Assembly: GCA_964639285.1 (NCBI GenBank)
Contig: CAZXCI010000003.1
Location: 31,187-95,186 of the forward strand
DNA: 64,000 bases
Source of the DNA: an uncultured Candidatus Saccharibacteria bacterium
Lineage (GTDB): Bacteria; Patescibacteriota; Minisyncoccia; Phycocordibacterales; XYD1-FULL-46-19
Direction: 5' to 3'
In this document: positions 47,122 through 56,108 of the stretch, one piece after another
Layout: every line of letters starts with the position of its first letter
Position numbering within the stretch: position 1 is the first letter of the stretch
Position numbers and translations under genes: made by a program
Notes under the pieces: generated by a model
Told to the model about the DNA's origin: nothing
Databases searched by the model: none
What the model saw: only the letters and a program-made list of their open reading frames with translations

Positions 47122-47511
47122 TTAGGCGACCGTTCGGATCGAGAGATTATCGTCTTCGTGATCGAGATGTTCCAAGCAGGTTACTGAAGCCACATCAGCA
47201 TTGAGTCTCTTGTCTTCTATTTCTTTTCCGCAGACTTGGCAAATAAAACCGTGCCCTTCCCCCTCTACCCAGGCTATCGTTTTTTCTATCTCTTGGAGTC
47301 GTTCTTGGGCAGTTATGAGTAACTCCTCGTTTCTAACTCGTGATTGTTGGGTGCTAGGAAAATCATCGCCCGATACTGGCTCATCGAAATTTCTTTCTTT
47401 TAGAGTTTTAATTTCTTGGAGAGACTTTTGTTTTTCTCTCTTTAATATCTCCAAGTATCTTTGGGTTTTTCCCTCGAAGCTTTCTTTTTGGGGGAATGAT
47501 TCTGTCGTCAT
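47122..47511 (-). CDS. DksA/TraR-family zinc-finger protein
   Basis: Coiled coil followed by CQVCGKEIEDKRL...TCLEH. Confidence 0.8.
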   Translation of the reverse strand: MTTESFPQKESFEGKTQRYLEILKREKQKSLQEIKTLKERNFDEPVSGDDFPSTQQSRVRNEELLITAQERLQEIEKTIAWVEGEGHGFICQVCGKEIEDKRLNADVASVTCLEHLDHEDDNLSIRTVA

Positions 47512-47562
47512 AATGCGCTTATATTAGCATTATGAGGGGTTTTGTCAACGAGGTAAAATCCC

Positions 47563-48816
47563 TTATTTTACAACAGGTTTTGGGGTTAGGAACGAGCTTA
47601 AGATTTTTTCTAGAGTGATTTCGTTTGTCGTTACCGCAATCGTGTTTTTATCTAGCCAGGTATAGGCAGCTAAGGTCATGTTGTCTTGATTGGTGACCAT
47701 GCGAATATCGCGATTTTTAACCATTTTATCTTGGAAAGGGGTGAAGCGAATTCTCGTTTCTGTCTCAGTATCGATAAAGGGTAACAAAAGTTGGCTAATT
47801 ATTCTATTCTCATCATAAAGAAGAGCGTCGGCGGAATTTTTATAATATTTTGTTTTGAAAATATAAAAGGGCTCATCTTGTACCCCCAGTTGGAATCCAA
47901 GCATGAAGTCAGAATCAAGGAAACGTAATAAGTCATTGGTTATCGCAAGGCCGGTACTGGTGGCAAAAAGTTCTGGTCCGGCAATTTTCTTCTCGATGAT
48001 GAGACCTTGGTCGGTGTTTCTTGATTCTTCGTAAATAAAATAGATATCTTTGATTCTCTCTTTGGGCCCTCCTTCGAGGGAGACGGGCACAGTTAATCTG
48101 AGATCTTTAATTTCTTGTCGAACTTGCTCAGGGGTCATACCCTTTAGGTCGATGGCGACATGTTCGTCGGCAAAGATAATTGGATCATGGGTGATTTGGG
48201 TGGGGGCGATACTTTTCTGTGTTCGTTGCCAGGCTGACCAGCTAATAGCAGTTAATCCACTTAGGAAGATAATTAAGCTGAGACTAAAGATTATTGTTTT
48301 TCTCAAGGAAACGGGCTTCTCCGCTTCTTTTTTTTCTTGCTTGTTGGCTTGGGCCAATCTGGCGGCAGTCATTCCTCGATTTTTAATGGCGTCACTTAAG
48401 TCATCGGTCAGGGTATGAACCGAAGAAAGACGACTAAGGGGGGCCCTCTTTATCCCTTCAATTTTTTTCTTTGATTCAAGAATTTGTTTTATTTTCTCTT
48501 GACGAAGTTTTTCTTGAGCGAAATCTTTCTCTCTTTGTTCTCGGCCAATATCTTTTTTCCTTAATTCTTCTTGTGCCTTTCTTTCCTCCTCGAGTTCGGC
48601 CAATTTTTTTTGAGCCTCTAATTTATGGGCGATGGCTCGGTCTTTCTCTTCCTGGATTTTCTTTTGTTCGTCAGAGGCCATAGCCTTAGCCGCCTCAATT
48701 TTTCTTTTCTCAAGGTATTGTTCTTCTTCCTTCCAATTAGCAATATCTCGCTCGCCCGTTAAAGCTAATCGAGCCCGAAGCCTTTTGTCGCTGTCGTTGT
48801 TTTGAGGAATGGCCAT
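47563..48816 (-). CDS. Single-TM protein with cytoplasmic coiled coil and extracellular domain
   Basis: E/K-rich N-terminus, central TM, FQDK.V.NRDIR C-terminus. Confidence 0.75.
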   Translation of the reverse strand: MAIPQNNDSDKRLRARLALTGERDIANWKEEEQYLEKRKIEAAKAMASDEQKKIQEEKDRAIAHKLEAQKKLAELEEERKAQEELRKKDIGREQREKDFAQEKLRQEKIKQILESKKKIEGIKRAPLSRLSSVHTLTDDLSDAIKNRGMTAARLAQANKQEKKEAEKPVSLRKTIIFSLSLIIFLSGLTAISWSAWQRTQKSIAPTQITHDPIIFADEHVAIDLKGMTPEQVRQEIKDLRLTVPVSLEGGPKERIKDIYFIYEESRNTDQGLIIEKKIAGPELFATSTGLAITNDLLRFLDSDFMLGFQLGVQDEPFYIFKTKYYKNSADALLYDENRIISQLLLPFIDTETETRIRFTPFQDKMVKNRDIRMVTNQDNMTLAAYTWLDKNTIAVTTNEITLEKILSSFLTPKPVVK

Positions 48817-48821
48817 ATTTG

Positions 48822-50132
48822 CTATTTTGCCCAGGGGAAAATCTTTTTGTTCACTCGCGCGAGGTCATCAGAGGTTATCCTATTGTCTTTTTTGGCAGTT
48901 TCAAGATCTCCCCTTAGGGTGCGCAAAGGTTCAAGTTCTCCTTCGGACTCTTTTATCTCATCAATTGTCGAACGATTTTCTCCCATTGTTTGTTTTTCTC
49001 TTTCGGCCTCAGCCTCGGCGTTCTCGCGTTTGATTCGCTCAAGTTCGAGGGCTCGGAGAAGAGCCATTTCTTTTTCTTCAGCTTCGCTTCTTGGCACTTC
49101 TTCCGAAAGAATTGTCTGTTGTTTGGGAAGAGGTTGAACCTTCGGAGTTTGTTGTTCTTTGCTTACTTCTGTCGCTTGTTTTTGGCTATTATCGATAGCT
49201 TCGGCAATTTTCTTTTTTAAATCCTGCTCCTTCTCCTGTTGGGCCATGAGGCGTCGAGTTGTTTCTGTTCTTTGTCGTTCTTCTTCGGCTTTGCGTAAGG
49301 CTTCTAGACGATCCTTTTCGAGGGATTTCATCTGCTCCTCTGTTTGTTTTTGGGCTTCGGTCTGCTTCCTCTCCTCTTCGGCGCGGAGACGATCTTCCTC
49401 TGCTCTCTTGATGTCGAGCAAGCGCTTTCTTTCGATTTCCTCAGCTCTTTTCTTCTCCTCGACTTGCCTCAAGGTGTCTTGTCGGCGTTTTTGCTCATCT
49501 AGTTCATGTTGTTGGCGCAAGACTTCTTGTTGAAGGAGCATTTTCTCGTCAATGGCTTGAATTTTTTGGCGCAGTTTTTCTTCCTGAGTGAGAAGCTCTT
49601 GATATTTTTGTTTCACCTCACTGATTTGTTCGTCGATCTTCTGGATTTTTTCTTCGATTAGCCATTTTTCTTCTTCAGTTTTTTTGCGAGACTCTTGAAC
49701 TTGCCATCGTTTTTGTTCTAATTCTCTTCTCGCTTTTGGTTCGAGGGTCACCTCTTCTTGGCTTTCTATACTTGTCTCTTCGTCCTCGAGTTTGTCCTCT
49801 CTTTCTAAGATGGGCTCAAGTATTTTCTTTAAGCTCCCTCGCTTGTCGTCGAGGTTTACCCAAGTGAGCTCCATTAACTCCTTCTCGTGATCGAGAGAAA
49901 GAAGTAGCTTGTTTAGTTGTTGTTTTTCTTCGCTTGCCTCCTCCTCTTTCTCGGTGGCTTCTCGGCGGATTGTTCGATCAAGGCCCTCCATGGCAATTTT
50001 TGCTCGACGGAGTTTTTCTTCACGACTCTCGCTTTTTTGTTTTGTCTCTGTTGGCTCAGGAACGACGGCCGGATTATCAGAATTATCATCTGTCTGCGAA
50101 ACAGGCGTTGTTTGTTTTACAACATCAACCAT
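48822..50132 (-). CDS. Long E/K/Q-rich coiled-coil protein
   Basis: 436-aa highly charged helical ORF. Confidence 0.75.
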   Translation of the reverse strand: MVDVVKQTTPVSQTDDNSDNPAVVPEPTETKQKSESREEKLRRAKIAMEGLDRTIRREATEKEEEASEEKQQLNKLLLSLDHEKELMELTWVNLDDKRGSLKKILEPILEREDKLEDEETSIESQEEVTLEPKARRELEQKRWQVQESRKKTEEEKWLIEEKIQKIDEQISEVKQKYQELLTQEEKLRQKIQAIDEKMLLQQEVLRQQHELDEQKRRQDTLRQVEEKKRAEEIERKRLLDIKRAEEDRLRAEEERKQTEAQKQTEEQMKSLEKDRLEALRKAEEERQRTETTRRLMAQQEKEQDLKKKIAEAIDNSQKQATEVSKEQQTPKVQPLPKQQTILSEEVPRSEAEEKEMALLRALELERIKRENAEAEAEREKQTMGENRSTIDEIKESEGELEPLRTLRGDLETAKKDNRITSDDLARVNKKIFPWAK

Positions 50133-50159
50133 TGATTAGTATTATAACCAATTATAGTT

Positions 50160-52313
50160 TTAGTTTCTAGGCGTGAAGCCATTTCGTGGTGGATTAGTCG
50201 CAGGACTTAAGCCTTTGTTCTTGGCCCAATCGGGGTCAGCTTGTTTGATAGAGAGATTGATTCTGTTTTTTTCGTCAATTTCTTTGATGATGACAGGGAC
50301 GATATCGCCAATTTTAACAGCATCGCTTATCTTCTCAATACGGAAAGGAGCAACCTCTGAGACATGGACGAGCCCGTCGGTATCTTTAGCAATTTGGACA
50401 AAGGCGCCGAAGTCCATGAGGCGGACAACCTCTCCTTCGAAACGTTCACCGGCTTTATATTCGTGACACATTGTCTCAATAATCTCTTTGGTCTTATTTG
50501 CTTCCTCGATCTTGCCGGTGATATAGACAGAGCCATCATCTTCAATTTCAATCTCAACAGAATTTTCGGCAGAGATCTTTTGAATCATCTTACCGCCGGG
50601 ACCAATGACTGAACCAATTTTCTCAACCGGGATAGTAATCTTGATAATTTTTGGGGCGGCAGTATTAATTTCTTGTCGGGGCTCAGGGATGGCCTTGGTC
50701 ATGGTCTCGAGAATTTGTTCGCGAGCGATTCGAGCGCGATCGATGGCCTCATCCAAGATTTTAACGGGGATACCGCCCACCTTGATATCAAGCTGGATGC
50801 CAGTGATACCTTCTTTGGTCCCAGCAACTTTGAAATCCATGTCACCATAATGATCTTCAACCCCTTGAATGTCAGTTAATAATTCATAAGTATTATCATC
50901 TTCTGACATTAAGCCAATTGAGATACCAGCCACTGGGTTTTTAATTGGAACGCCTCCATCCATGAGGGCAAGGGTGCTTGCACAAATCGAAGCTTGAGAA
51001 CTTGAACCGTTAGAAGCAAAAACTTCGGAAACTAGGCGGATAGTGTAAGGAAAGATGTCGCGACTGGGAATAACGCCGCGCAGAGATTTTTCGGCAAGAG
51101 CGCCATGGCCAATCGAGCGACGAGAGGGATTGCCGACACGGCCAGTTTCCCCAACCGAGAAGGGTGGGAAATTATAGTGATGCAGGAAGTATTTGGTACT
51201 CTCCCCCTCCATCCCTTCTATGAGTTGGGCATTCTTAGGACCGCTTAAAGTAAGGGTGGTGAGAACGTGGGTGGCTCCTCGGTAGAAGAGGCCGGTACCG
51301 TGAACAATATTAGAGAGGCCTCCTGCTTGAGCAAAGAGAGGGCGAACCTCATCTAGTTTGCGTCCATCAGTACGACGTTTGTTTTTGATTGCTTCTTGGT
51401 GGACAATCCCGTCAATTTTTTCTTCGAAAAACCCAAGCCAAGCGCCGAGATTTGTCTCGGGGAATTGTTCCTTTCTAATTTTGAGCCAATCTTCTTTTAA
51501 ACTGTCAGCCGACTTTTTTCCGATGCCTTCAAAAAGAATGGACTCGATTTGCAGAGCAATTTTGTCAGCAAAAATTTGAGCTGTTTCTTCAGGCAAGGTT
51601 GGTAAATCAAGTTCACGTTTTATCGTTGCCATTTCGCCGATGATTTGATTTTGCCAAGTTTGAATTTTCTCGGCTTCGTTTACAGCGAGCTGGAAGGCCT
51701 CTTTAACCTTAGCTTCAGGAATTTGGGCTCCTTCGGCTTCAATCATGTTAACTTTGCCTTGATTGCTGCAGACGAGAAGATCGAAGACCCCTACTTTTCT
51801 CTCGGCATAGCTTGGGTTGATGATTAAATCTTTGCTCGAATCTAATTGGCCGAGACGAATAGCTGAGACCGGTCCAGCCCAAGGGATGTTCGAAGTAGCT
51901 AGGGCCAAAGAAGCGCCAATGACGGCTGGGACATCGGGGTCGTTCTCTTCGTCTTTAGCTAAGACGGTAATAACAACTTGAACTTCATTTCTAATTGCAC
52001 TGTTGAAGAAGGGTCGGATGGTGCGGTCGATGATACGGCCAGAGAGAACGGCTTCTTCGGAAGGTCGGCCTTCTCGCTTCTGATAACGGCCACCGCCAAT
52101 TACTCCCGCGGCGTAATAACGCTCTTCGTATTCGACAGTGAGAGGGAAATAATCGATATCTTCCTTTTTGTTGTTGCTCATCACGGCGGTCGCTAAGAGC
52201 ATAGTCTCGCCATATTTGATAATAACCGAACCCGTGGCTTGGTCTGCGAGGTCGGTAAACATGGCCGTTAAAGTTCGGCCTCCAACCTCAAGCGAATATT
52301 CCTTTTTTGTCAT
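50160..52313 (-). CDS. pnp: Polyribonucleotide nucleotidyltransferase
   Basis: FPLTVEYEE, RTDGR, HYNFPPFSVGE, SNGSSS, GDMDFKVAGT, KH and S1 domains. Confidence 0.98.
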   Translation of the reverse strand: MTKKEYSLEVGGRTLTAMFTDLADQATGSVIIKYGETMLLATAVMSNNKKEDIDYFPLTVEYEERYYAAGVIGGGRYQKREGRPSEEAVLSGRIIDRTIRPFFNSAIRNEVQVVITVLAKDEENDPDVPAVIGASLALATSNIPWAGPVSAIRLGQLDSSKDLIINPSYAERKVGVFDLLVCSNQGKVNMIEAEGAQIPEAKVKEAFQLAVNEAEKIQTWQNQIIGEMATIKRELDLPTLPEETAQIFADKIALQIESILFEGIGKKSADSLKEDWLKIRKEQFPETNLGAWLGFFEEKIDGIVHQEAIKNKRRTDGRKLDEVRPLFAQAGGLSNIVHGTGLFYRGATHVLTTLTLSGPKNAQLIEGMEGESTKYFLHHYNFPPFSVGETGRVGNPSRRSIGHGALAEKSLRGVIPSRDIFPYTIRLVSEVFASNGSSSQASICASTLALMDGGVPIKNPVAGISIGLMSEDDNTYELLTDIQGVEDHYGDMDFKVAGTKEGITGIQLDIKVGGIPVKILDEAIDRARIAREQILETMTKAIPEPRQEINTAAPKIIKITIPVEKIGSVIGPGGKMIQKISAENSVEIEIEDDGSVYITGKIEEANKTKEIIETMCHEYKAGERFEGEVVRLMDFGAFVQIAKDTDGLVHVSEVAPFRIEKISDAVKIGDIVPVIIKEIDEKNRINLSIKQADPDWAKNKGLSPATNPPRNGFTPRN

Positions 52314-52477
52314 AATTAACTTGGGAGTGCTGGCCAGATTTTAGATCTGGCTTTTACCAAACCTACATATCTAACCACCACTCAATTTAATTTATTAATT
52401 TACCCCGTAGAGTAAACTTTACCACAAAAAAAACCAGGCCGCCACTTCGTGGCGGCCCGAGATGTTTTTGCCCTTCT

Positions 52478-52678
52478 TTATTGCTTTGGGCGAAAGATAA
52501 TAAGAGCCGAGAATCTTGTGTTGCCAGAGTTATCTTTTTCTTGGCCACTCTCCCATTTTACGATCCTAACTTTCGGGTGATCGCGAAACCACTCTTTCAC
52601 TCTGGTGACATAGGCTGAAAATCCTTGCCCCATCACACTGTCTACTGTCGACCCCTCTGTCTCAAATCCTGTCTCCAT
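52478..52678 (-). CDS. Small hypothetical protein
   Basis: SD-like GAGGAAAGGA upstream; GC hairpin terminator at ~52437-52457. Confidence 0.6.
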   Translation of the reverse strand: METGFETEGSTVDSVMGQGFSAYVTRVKEWFRDHPKVRIVKWESGQEKDNSGNTRFSALIIFRPKQ

Positions 52679-52762
52679 TGGAAATTCCTTTCCTCAAAAA
52701 GAAAAAAACAAAAAGCTCATCGTCCTTAATGAGCTGTCTGTTTATATAATTACATAACTCCT

Positions 52763-53320
52763 CTATTTAGCAAGCGGGGCGGATTTTTTCTTATAGTCAG
52801 GATTATGTCCCGAACTCATGATCAAGTATTTCTTTGGATTTTCGCAAAGATCTAAGAAGTCATCGGTTGCCTCCTTAAGCTTAGAAGAAGAACTCTTGCC
52901 GAAGGCAACAACTTCAACCTGGGCGCCCATATTTTCCTTAAGATATTGGACAAGAGGGACGAAGTCGCCGTCACCCGAACCGATAATAACGGTGTCGAGT
53001 TTGGGGGCCATCTTAATTGCGTCGACAGCCAGACCGACGTCCCAGTCGGCCTTCTTGGACCCATCAACGAAAATTTGGAGATCTTTGGTCTTAACTTCAA
53101 TCCCAATTTTCCCGAGAGCCTCAATAAAATTCTTTTCATCGCCGGCTTCGGTGGTGACCATATAAGCCAAGGCGCGGATAAGTTGGCGGCCGCCAAGGGC
53201 ATCCTTCAGCACTTGACCGAAATTAACCCTCGCTCCCCCATAGAGATTCTTAGCACTATGATAAAGGTTCTGGGTATCAATAAAGACCCCAACCCTCTGA
53301 TTTTTGTGTTTAATAGACAT
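52763..53320 (-). CDS. NYN-domain (LabA/DUF88) protein
   Basis: VFIDTQNLY, KADWDVGLAVD, SGDGDF, LKEATDDF. Confidence 0.93.
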   Translation of the reverse strand: MSIKHKNQRVGVFIDTQNLYHSAKNLYGGARVNFGQVLKDALGGRQLIRALAYMVTTEAGDEKNFIEALGKIGIEVKTKDLQIFVDGSKKADWDVGLAVDAIKMAPKLDTVIIGSGDGDFVPLVQYLKENMGAQVEVVAFGKSSSSKLKEATDDFLDLCENPKKYLIMSSGHNPDYKKKSAPLAK

Positions 53321-53417
53321 AATATATTTATTAAAAAATAGAACTTAATTTATAAAAACAAACGACCTAGGCAAATAATACCACGGCAACAGAGTAAAGA
53401 GAAAAATGATTTAAAAT

Positions 53418-53666
53418 CTAGACAGCAAGCTTGAGCTCTGCCTTCTGCTTCTTGGTGTCGAGATAGCGTTGGTGAGCACGTCGATCGGCTACAAGTTTAA
53501 GTAAACCTCGGCGAGAATGGTAGTCTTTAGGATTTTTCTTCAAATGGTTGGCTAACTCTTCAATACGTTCAGTAATCAAAGCGATCTGGACATCAGCGGA
53601 GCCGGTATCCTTATCGTGTTTAGCCACTTTTTTGATAATTGTCTCTTTCTTTTTTGTTGAAATCAT
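53418..53666 (-). CDS. rpsO: 30S ribosomal protein S15
   Basis: [29 protein letters not shown]. Confidence 0.97.
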   Translation of the reverse strand: MISTKKKETIIKKVAKHDKDTGSADVQIALITERIEELANHLKKNPKDYHSRRGLLKLVADRRAHQRYLDTKKQKAELKLAV

Positions 53667-53728
53667 GGTGCTATTAGTATAGCACACCCCCTAAAATAAT
53701 GCAAGCCCCTTTTTTGTTTATGAAAAAG

Positions 53729-53758
53729 GCCAGGGGTTCTGTCGGTAGAACCCCTGGC
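53729..53758 (-). terminator. Intrinsic terminator
   Basis: GCCAGGGGTTCT-gtcggt-AGAACCCCTGGC with a T-run on the minus strand. Confidence 0.7.
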
Positions 53759-53764
53759 GTGGGC

Positions 53765-53998
53765 CTAGGCTAAGGTATTGGCAATTGCCTCGGCCGAAAT
53801 TTGGGGCGGAACATTTATCCCCCTTTGTCTGGCTAGGGCAACGAGTGCTAACCTTCCTCCTTCGAAGTTTCTTTTTGCCTCTGCTAGAGCTACGGCTGCC
53901 TTTCGTTGATCAATAGCGAGAAGAGACAAAGTGTCGACTGCTTCTCCTAGGCCGGCACCTCGGCAATCATCGAGGAGTCCTCGTGTGTCGTCTGACAT
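53765..53998 (-). CDS. Small hypothetical protein
   Basis: SD AGGAGGT at the end of the upstream gene; Ala/Leu-rich helical sequence. Confidence 0.65.
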   Translation of the reverse strand: MSDDTRGLLDDCRGAGLGEAVDTLSLLAIDQRKAAVALAEAKRNFEGGRLALVALARQRGINVPPQISAEAIANTLA

Positions 53999-54445
53999 TT
54001 AATCACCTCCTATCCTTTCTTTTATGATACGGGTTGAAACATTCAAAGCCCAATCTCTAACTTGATTCCTATGAGACCCTACCACATTCCTCCAGTTAGT
54101 GTCAAGCCCATTTTTGACACAATAACGAGAGAGAATATTTAAATTACTGATCAGAGCTTCGTGGGCTGATCGTCGGGCTCGGTCGGCATTCTCTGTTTCT
54201 TTGGGATCCTCCTTTCTTATCCTAGAGCTACTCAACTTGTCAACCGCCCCAACATATCGAATGACCGAATCTTCGAGATCTTTGACCAGGGCCTTGGATG
54301 TCTCGTCATGATTTCTGAGCTTTTTTATCTCTTGATAGACATTAAGCGCCTTTTCTTCTTCTTTTGTATAGATCTCATCAAAATCGTGACCCTCTTCGTG
54401 CTTAGCCAAATCTCCCCAAGATTCATTTAAAAATGGTTCAAACAT
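53999..54445 (-). CDS. Hypothetical helical protein
   Basis: Start moved to the ATG at 54445; D..RRSAHEALISNLNILSR motif. Confidence 0.7.
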   Translation of the reverse strand: MFEPFLNESWGDLAKHEEGHDFDEIYTKEEEKALNVYQEIKKLRNHDETSKALVKDLEDSVIRYVGAVDKLSSSRIRKEDPKETENADRARRSAHEALISNLNILSRYCVKNGLDTNWRNVVGSHRNQVRDWALNVSTRIIKERIGGD

Positions 54446-54649
54446 ATAATTAATAATACTACGTTTTGTGGCAAATAGGGAATTTTCTCTCTTGTTGGGG
54501 TTAATATGTCGCACAATATTTGATATACTTAGAGGTGTGGCAGATTTAAATAGATTAAAACAAGAATTTCCTGCCCTACTTCGCCCCGACTTCACTAAAG
54601 TTTCGCCGGGCAAGCAAGGCTTCGTAGGACCAAAAACTCTTATTATTCT

Positions 54650-55675
54650 ATGAATGACATTTTTAAATTAAAGAGGGAATTTTTGGAATATCTGGAGATT
54701 GAGAAGGGGCGGTCGTTGAAGACGGTAGAGAATTATGATCGTTACCTGACGAGATTTTTCAAACAAGCGGGCGTCAAGTCCCCTGCCGATATTACCGATG
54801 ACGCAGTAAGGCAGTATCGGTTGTGGTTGAATAGGCAAAGCGCTAACCCTACTTCGCCCGCTGACAACGGGCTACGAAGGGTTCAAAGTAGCTCTGCTAC
54901 TTTGAAGAAAAATACACAGAATTATCATCTGATTGCCTTGCGGGTGTTTCTCAAGTATCTGGCCCGGCGCTCTATCTCCTCTCTGCCACCGGAGAAAATA
55001 GAATTGGCCAAGACCGCCGGGCGAGATCTCGACCTGATCTCTGATGCCGAATTATCTCGGCTGATTGAGATGCCAGGCAAAGATCTCTCGGGCAAGTCTC
55101 AGGGCAAGAAGGCTGGCTCAGGTAAGAATGATGAGGTCAAGAGGTTGCGAGATAAAGCAATGCTTGAACTCTTCTTCTCCACGGGCTTACGTGTCTCGGA
55201 GTTGTGTTCGCTTGATCGCGATACCATCAACCTCGCTCGTGACGAGTTCTCTATCAGGGGTAAGGGTGAGAAAGTACGCTTGGTCTTTCTCTCCGACAAA
55301 GCGCGCGAAGCAATTAAGGATTATCTCGTCAAGCGCCAAGATATGGACGAGGCACTCTTCACCAATCTCTCGCTTATCAATTCTAATTCCTCGGGTTCTC
55401 TCAAGGTTAATAAGGGTGGTGGCAGTGATAGGCTGACACCAAGAAGTGTCGAGAGAATTATCAAGAAATATGCGATTAAAGCGGGCATCACCAAGAAGGT
55501 TACGCCCCATACTCTTCGTCACTCCTTCGCTACCGATCTTCTGCAAAATGGCGCGGATATTCGTTCGGTGCAAATGATGCTTGGGCACTCTAGTGTCTCA
55601 ACAACGCAAATTTATACTCACGTGACCGACAAACACTTAAGAGATATTCATAAAAAATTTCATAGTCGGTCATAA
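54650..55675 (+). CDS. XerC/XerD-family tyrosine recombinase
   Basis: RDKAMLELFFSTGLRVSEL, GKG.K.R, TPHTLRHSFAT, LGH, TTQIYTH. Confidence 0.95.
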   Translation: MNDIFKLKREFLEYLEIEKGRSLKTVENYDRYLTRFFKQAGVKSPADITDDAVRQYRLWLNRQSANPTSPADNGLRRVQSSSATLKKNTQNYHLIALRVFLKYLARRSISSLPPEKIELAKTAGRDLDLISDAELSRLIEMPGKDLSGKSQGKKAGSGKNDEVKRLRDKAMLELFFSTGLRVSELCSLDRDTINLARDEFSIRGKGEKVRLVFLSDKAREAIKDYLVKRQDMDEALFTNLSLINSNSSGSLKVNKGGGSDRLTPRSVERIIKKYAIKAGITKKVTPHTLRHSFATDLLQNGADIRSVQMMLGHSSVSTTQIYTHVTDKHLRDIHKKFHSRS

Positions 55676-55686
55676 TTTTTTTGTCT

Positions 55687-55718
55687 TGTGGATAACTCTC
55701 ATTTTTGAGTTATCCACT
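55687..55718. promoter_or_regulatory. Inverted pair of DnaA boxes
   Basis: TGTGGATAA 55687-55695 and TTATCCACT 55710-55718, within an 11-bp IR GTGGATAACTC/GAGTTATCCAC. Confidence 0.65.
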
Positions 55719-55772
55719 TTTTATAAGGGACAAGGGCTTTGACTCACTTGTCCTATAAGTTATAATTCTATT

Positions 55773-56090
55773 GGACGTGATTTGGTCTTCGCACTTACCT
55801 CCAACCGATAGGACTGTCCTCTTAAGGACAATGTCTTGAAGTAATTAAGGTTTGGCGGTAGCTTGAGATAAGCAGTACGTTTCTCGTGTGGTACCCTAAG
55901 GTGTTTGGTGTATAGTAGCAGTTTGAGACCACAGAAGCGGTGTTATCTTAAGAGGTTGGGCAGAATTCGTTGATCTGCCAAGGGTTCGCCAGAACCTCAG
56001 GGAATCTGGAACAATTGCGGCTTGTTATCATTGCCGCTACTCTATATCGGGCCAGCTGACTCATCATTGGGCGGGTGGCCCATTTTTTAT
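55773..56090 (+). ncRNA. Candidate ~320-nt structured non-coding RNA of unknown family
   Basis: Promoter TTGACT-N16-TATAAT (55739-55766), several nested helices, terminal GC hairpin plus T-run, no credible ORF. Confidence 0.6.
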
Positions 56091-56108
56091 CCAGAATTTT
56101 TCGAGGGA

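Noticed and set aside
1854-53341. Long antisense or alternate-frame ORFs (e.g. 1854-2471, 39922-40428, 42898-43476, 44863-45387, 45686-46183, 52946-53341)
   Set aside because: Shadows of well-supported genes, with no recognisable motifs.
54650-55675. Prophage or ICE integrase
   Set aside because: XerC/D-type sequence among core genes, with no cargo or att pair nearby.
55773-55794. tmRNA-like 5' end (GGACGTGATTTGGTCTTCG)
   Set aside because: No complementary acceptor strand, T-arm or CCA at the 3' end.
55773-56090. RNase P RNA or group I intron
   Set aside because: Conserved P4 (GAGGAAAGTCC) and group I R/S elements are not recognisable on either strand.
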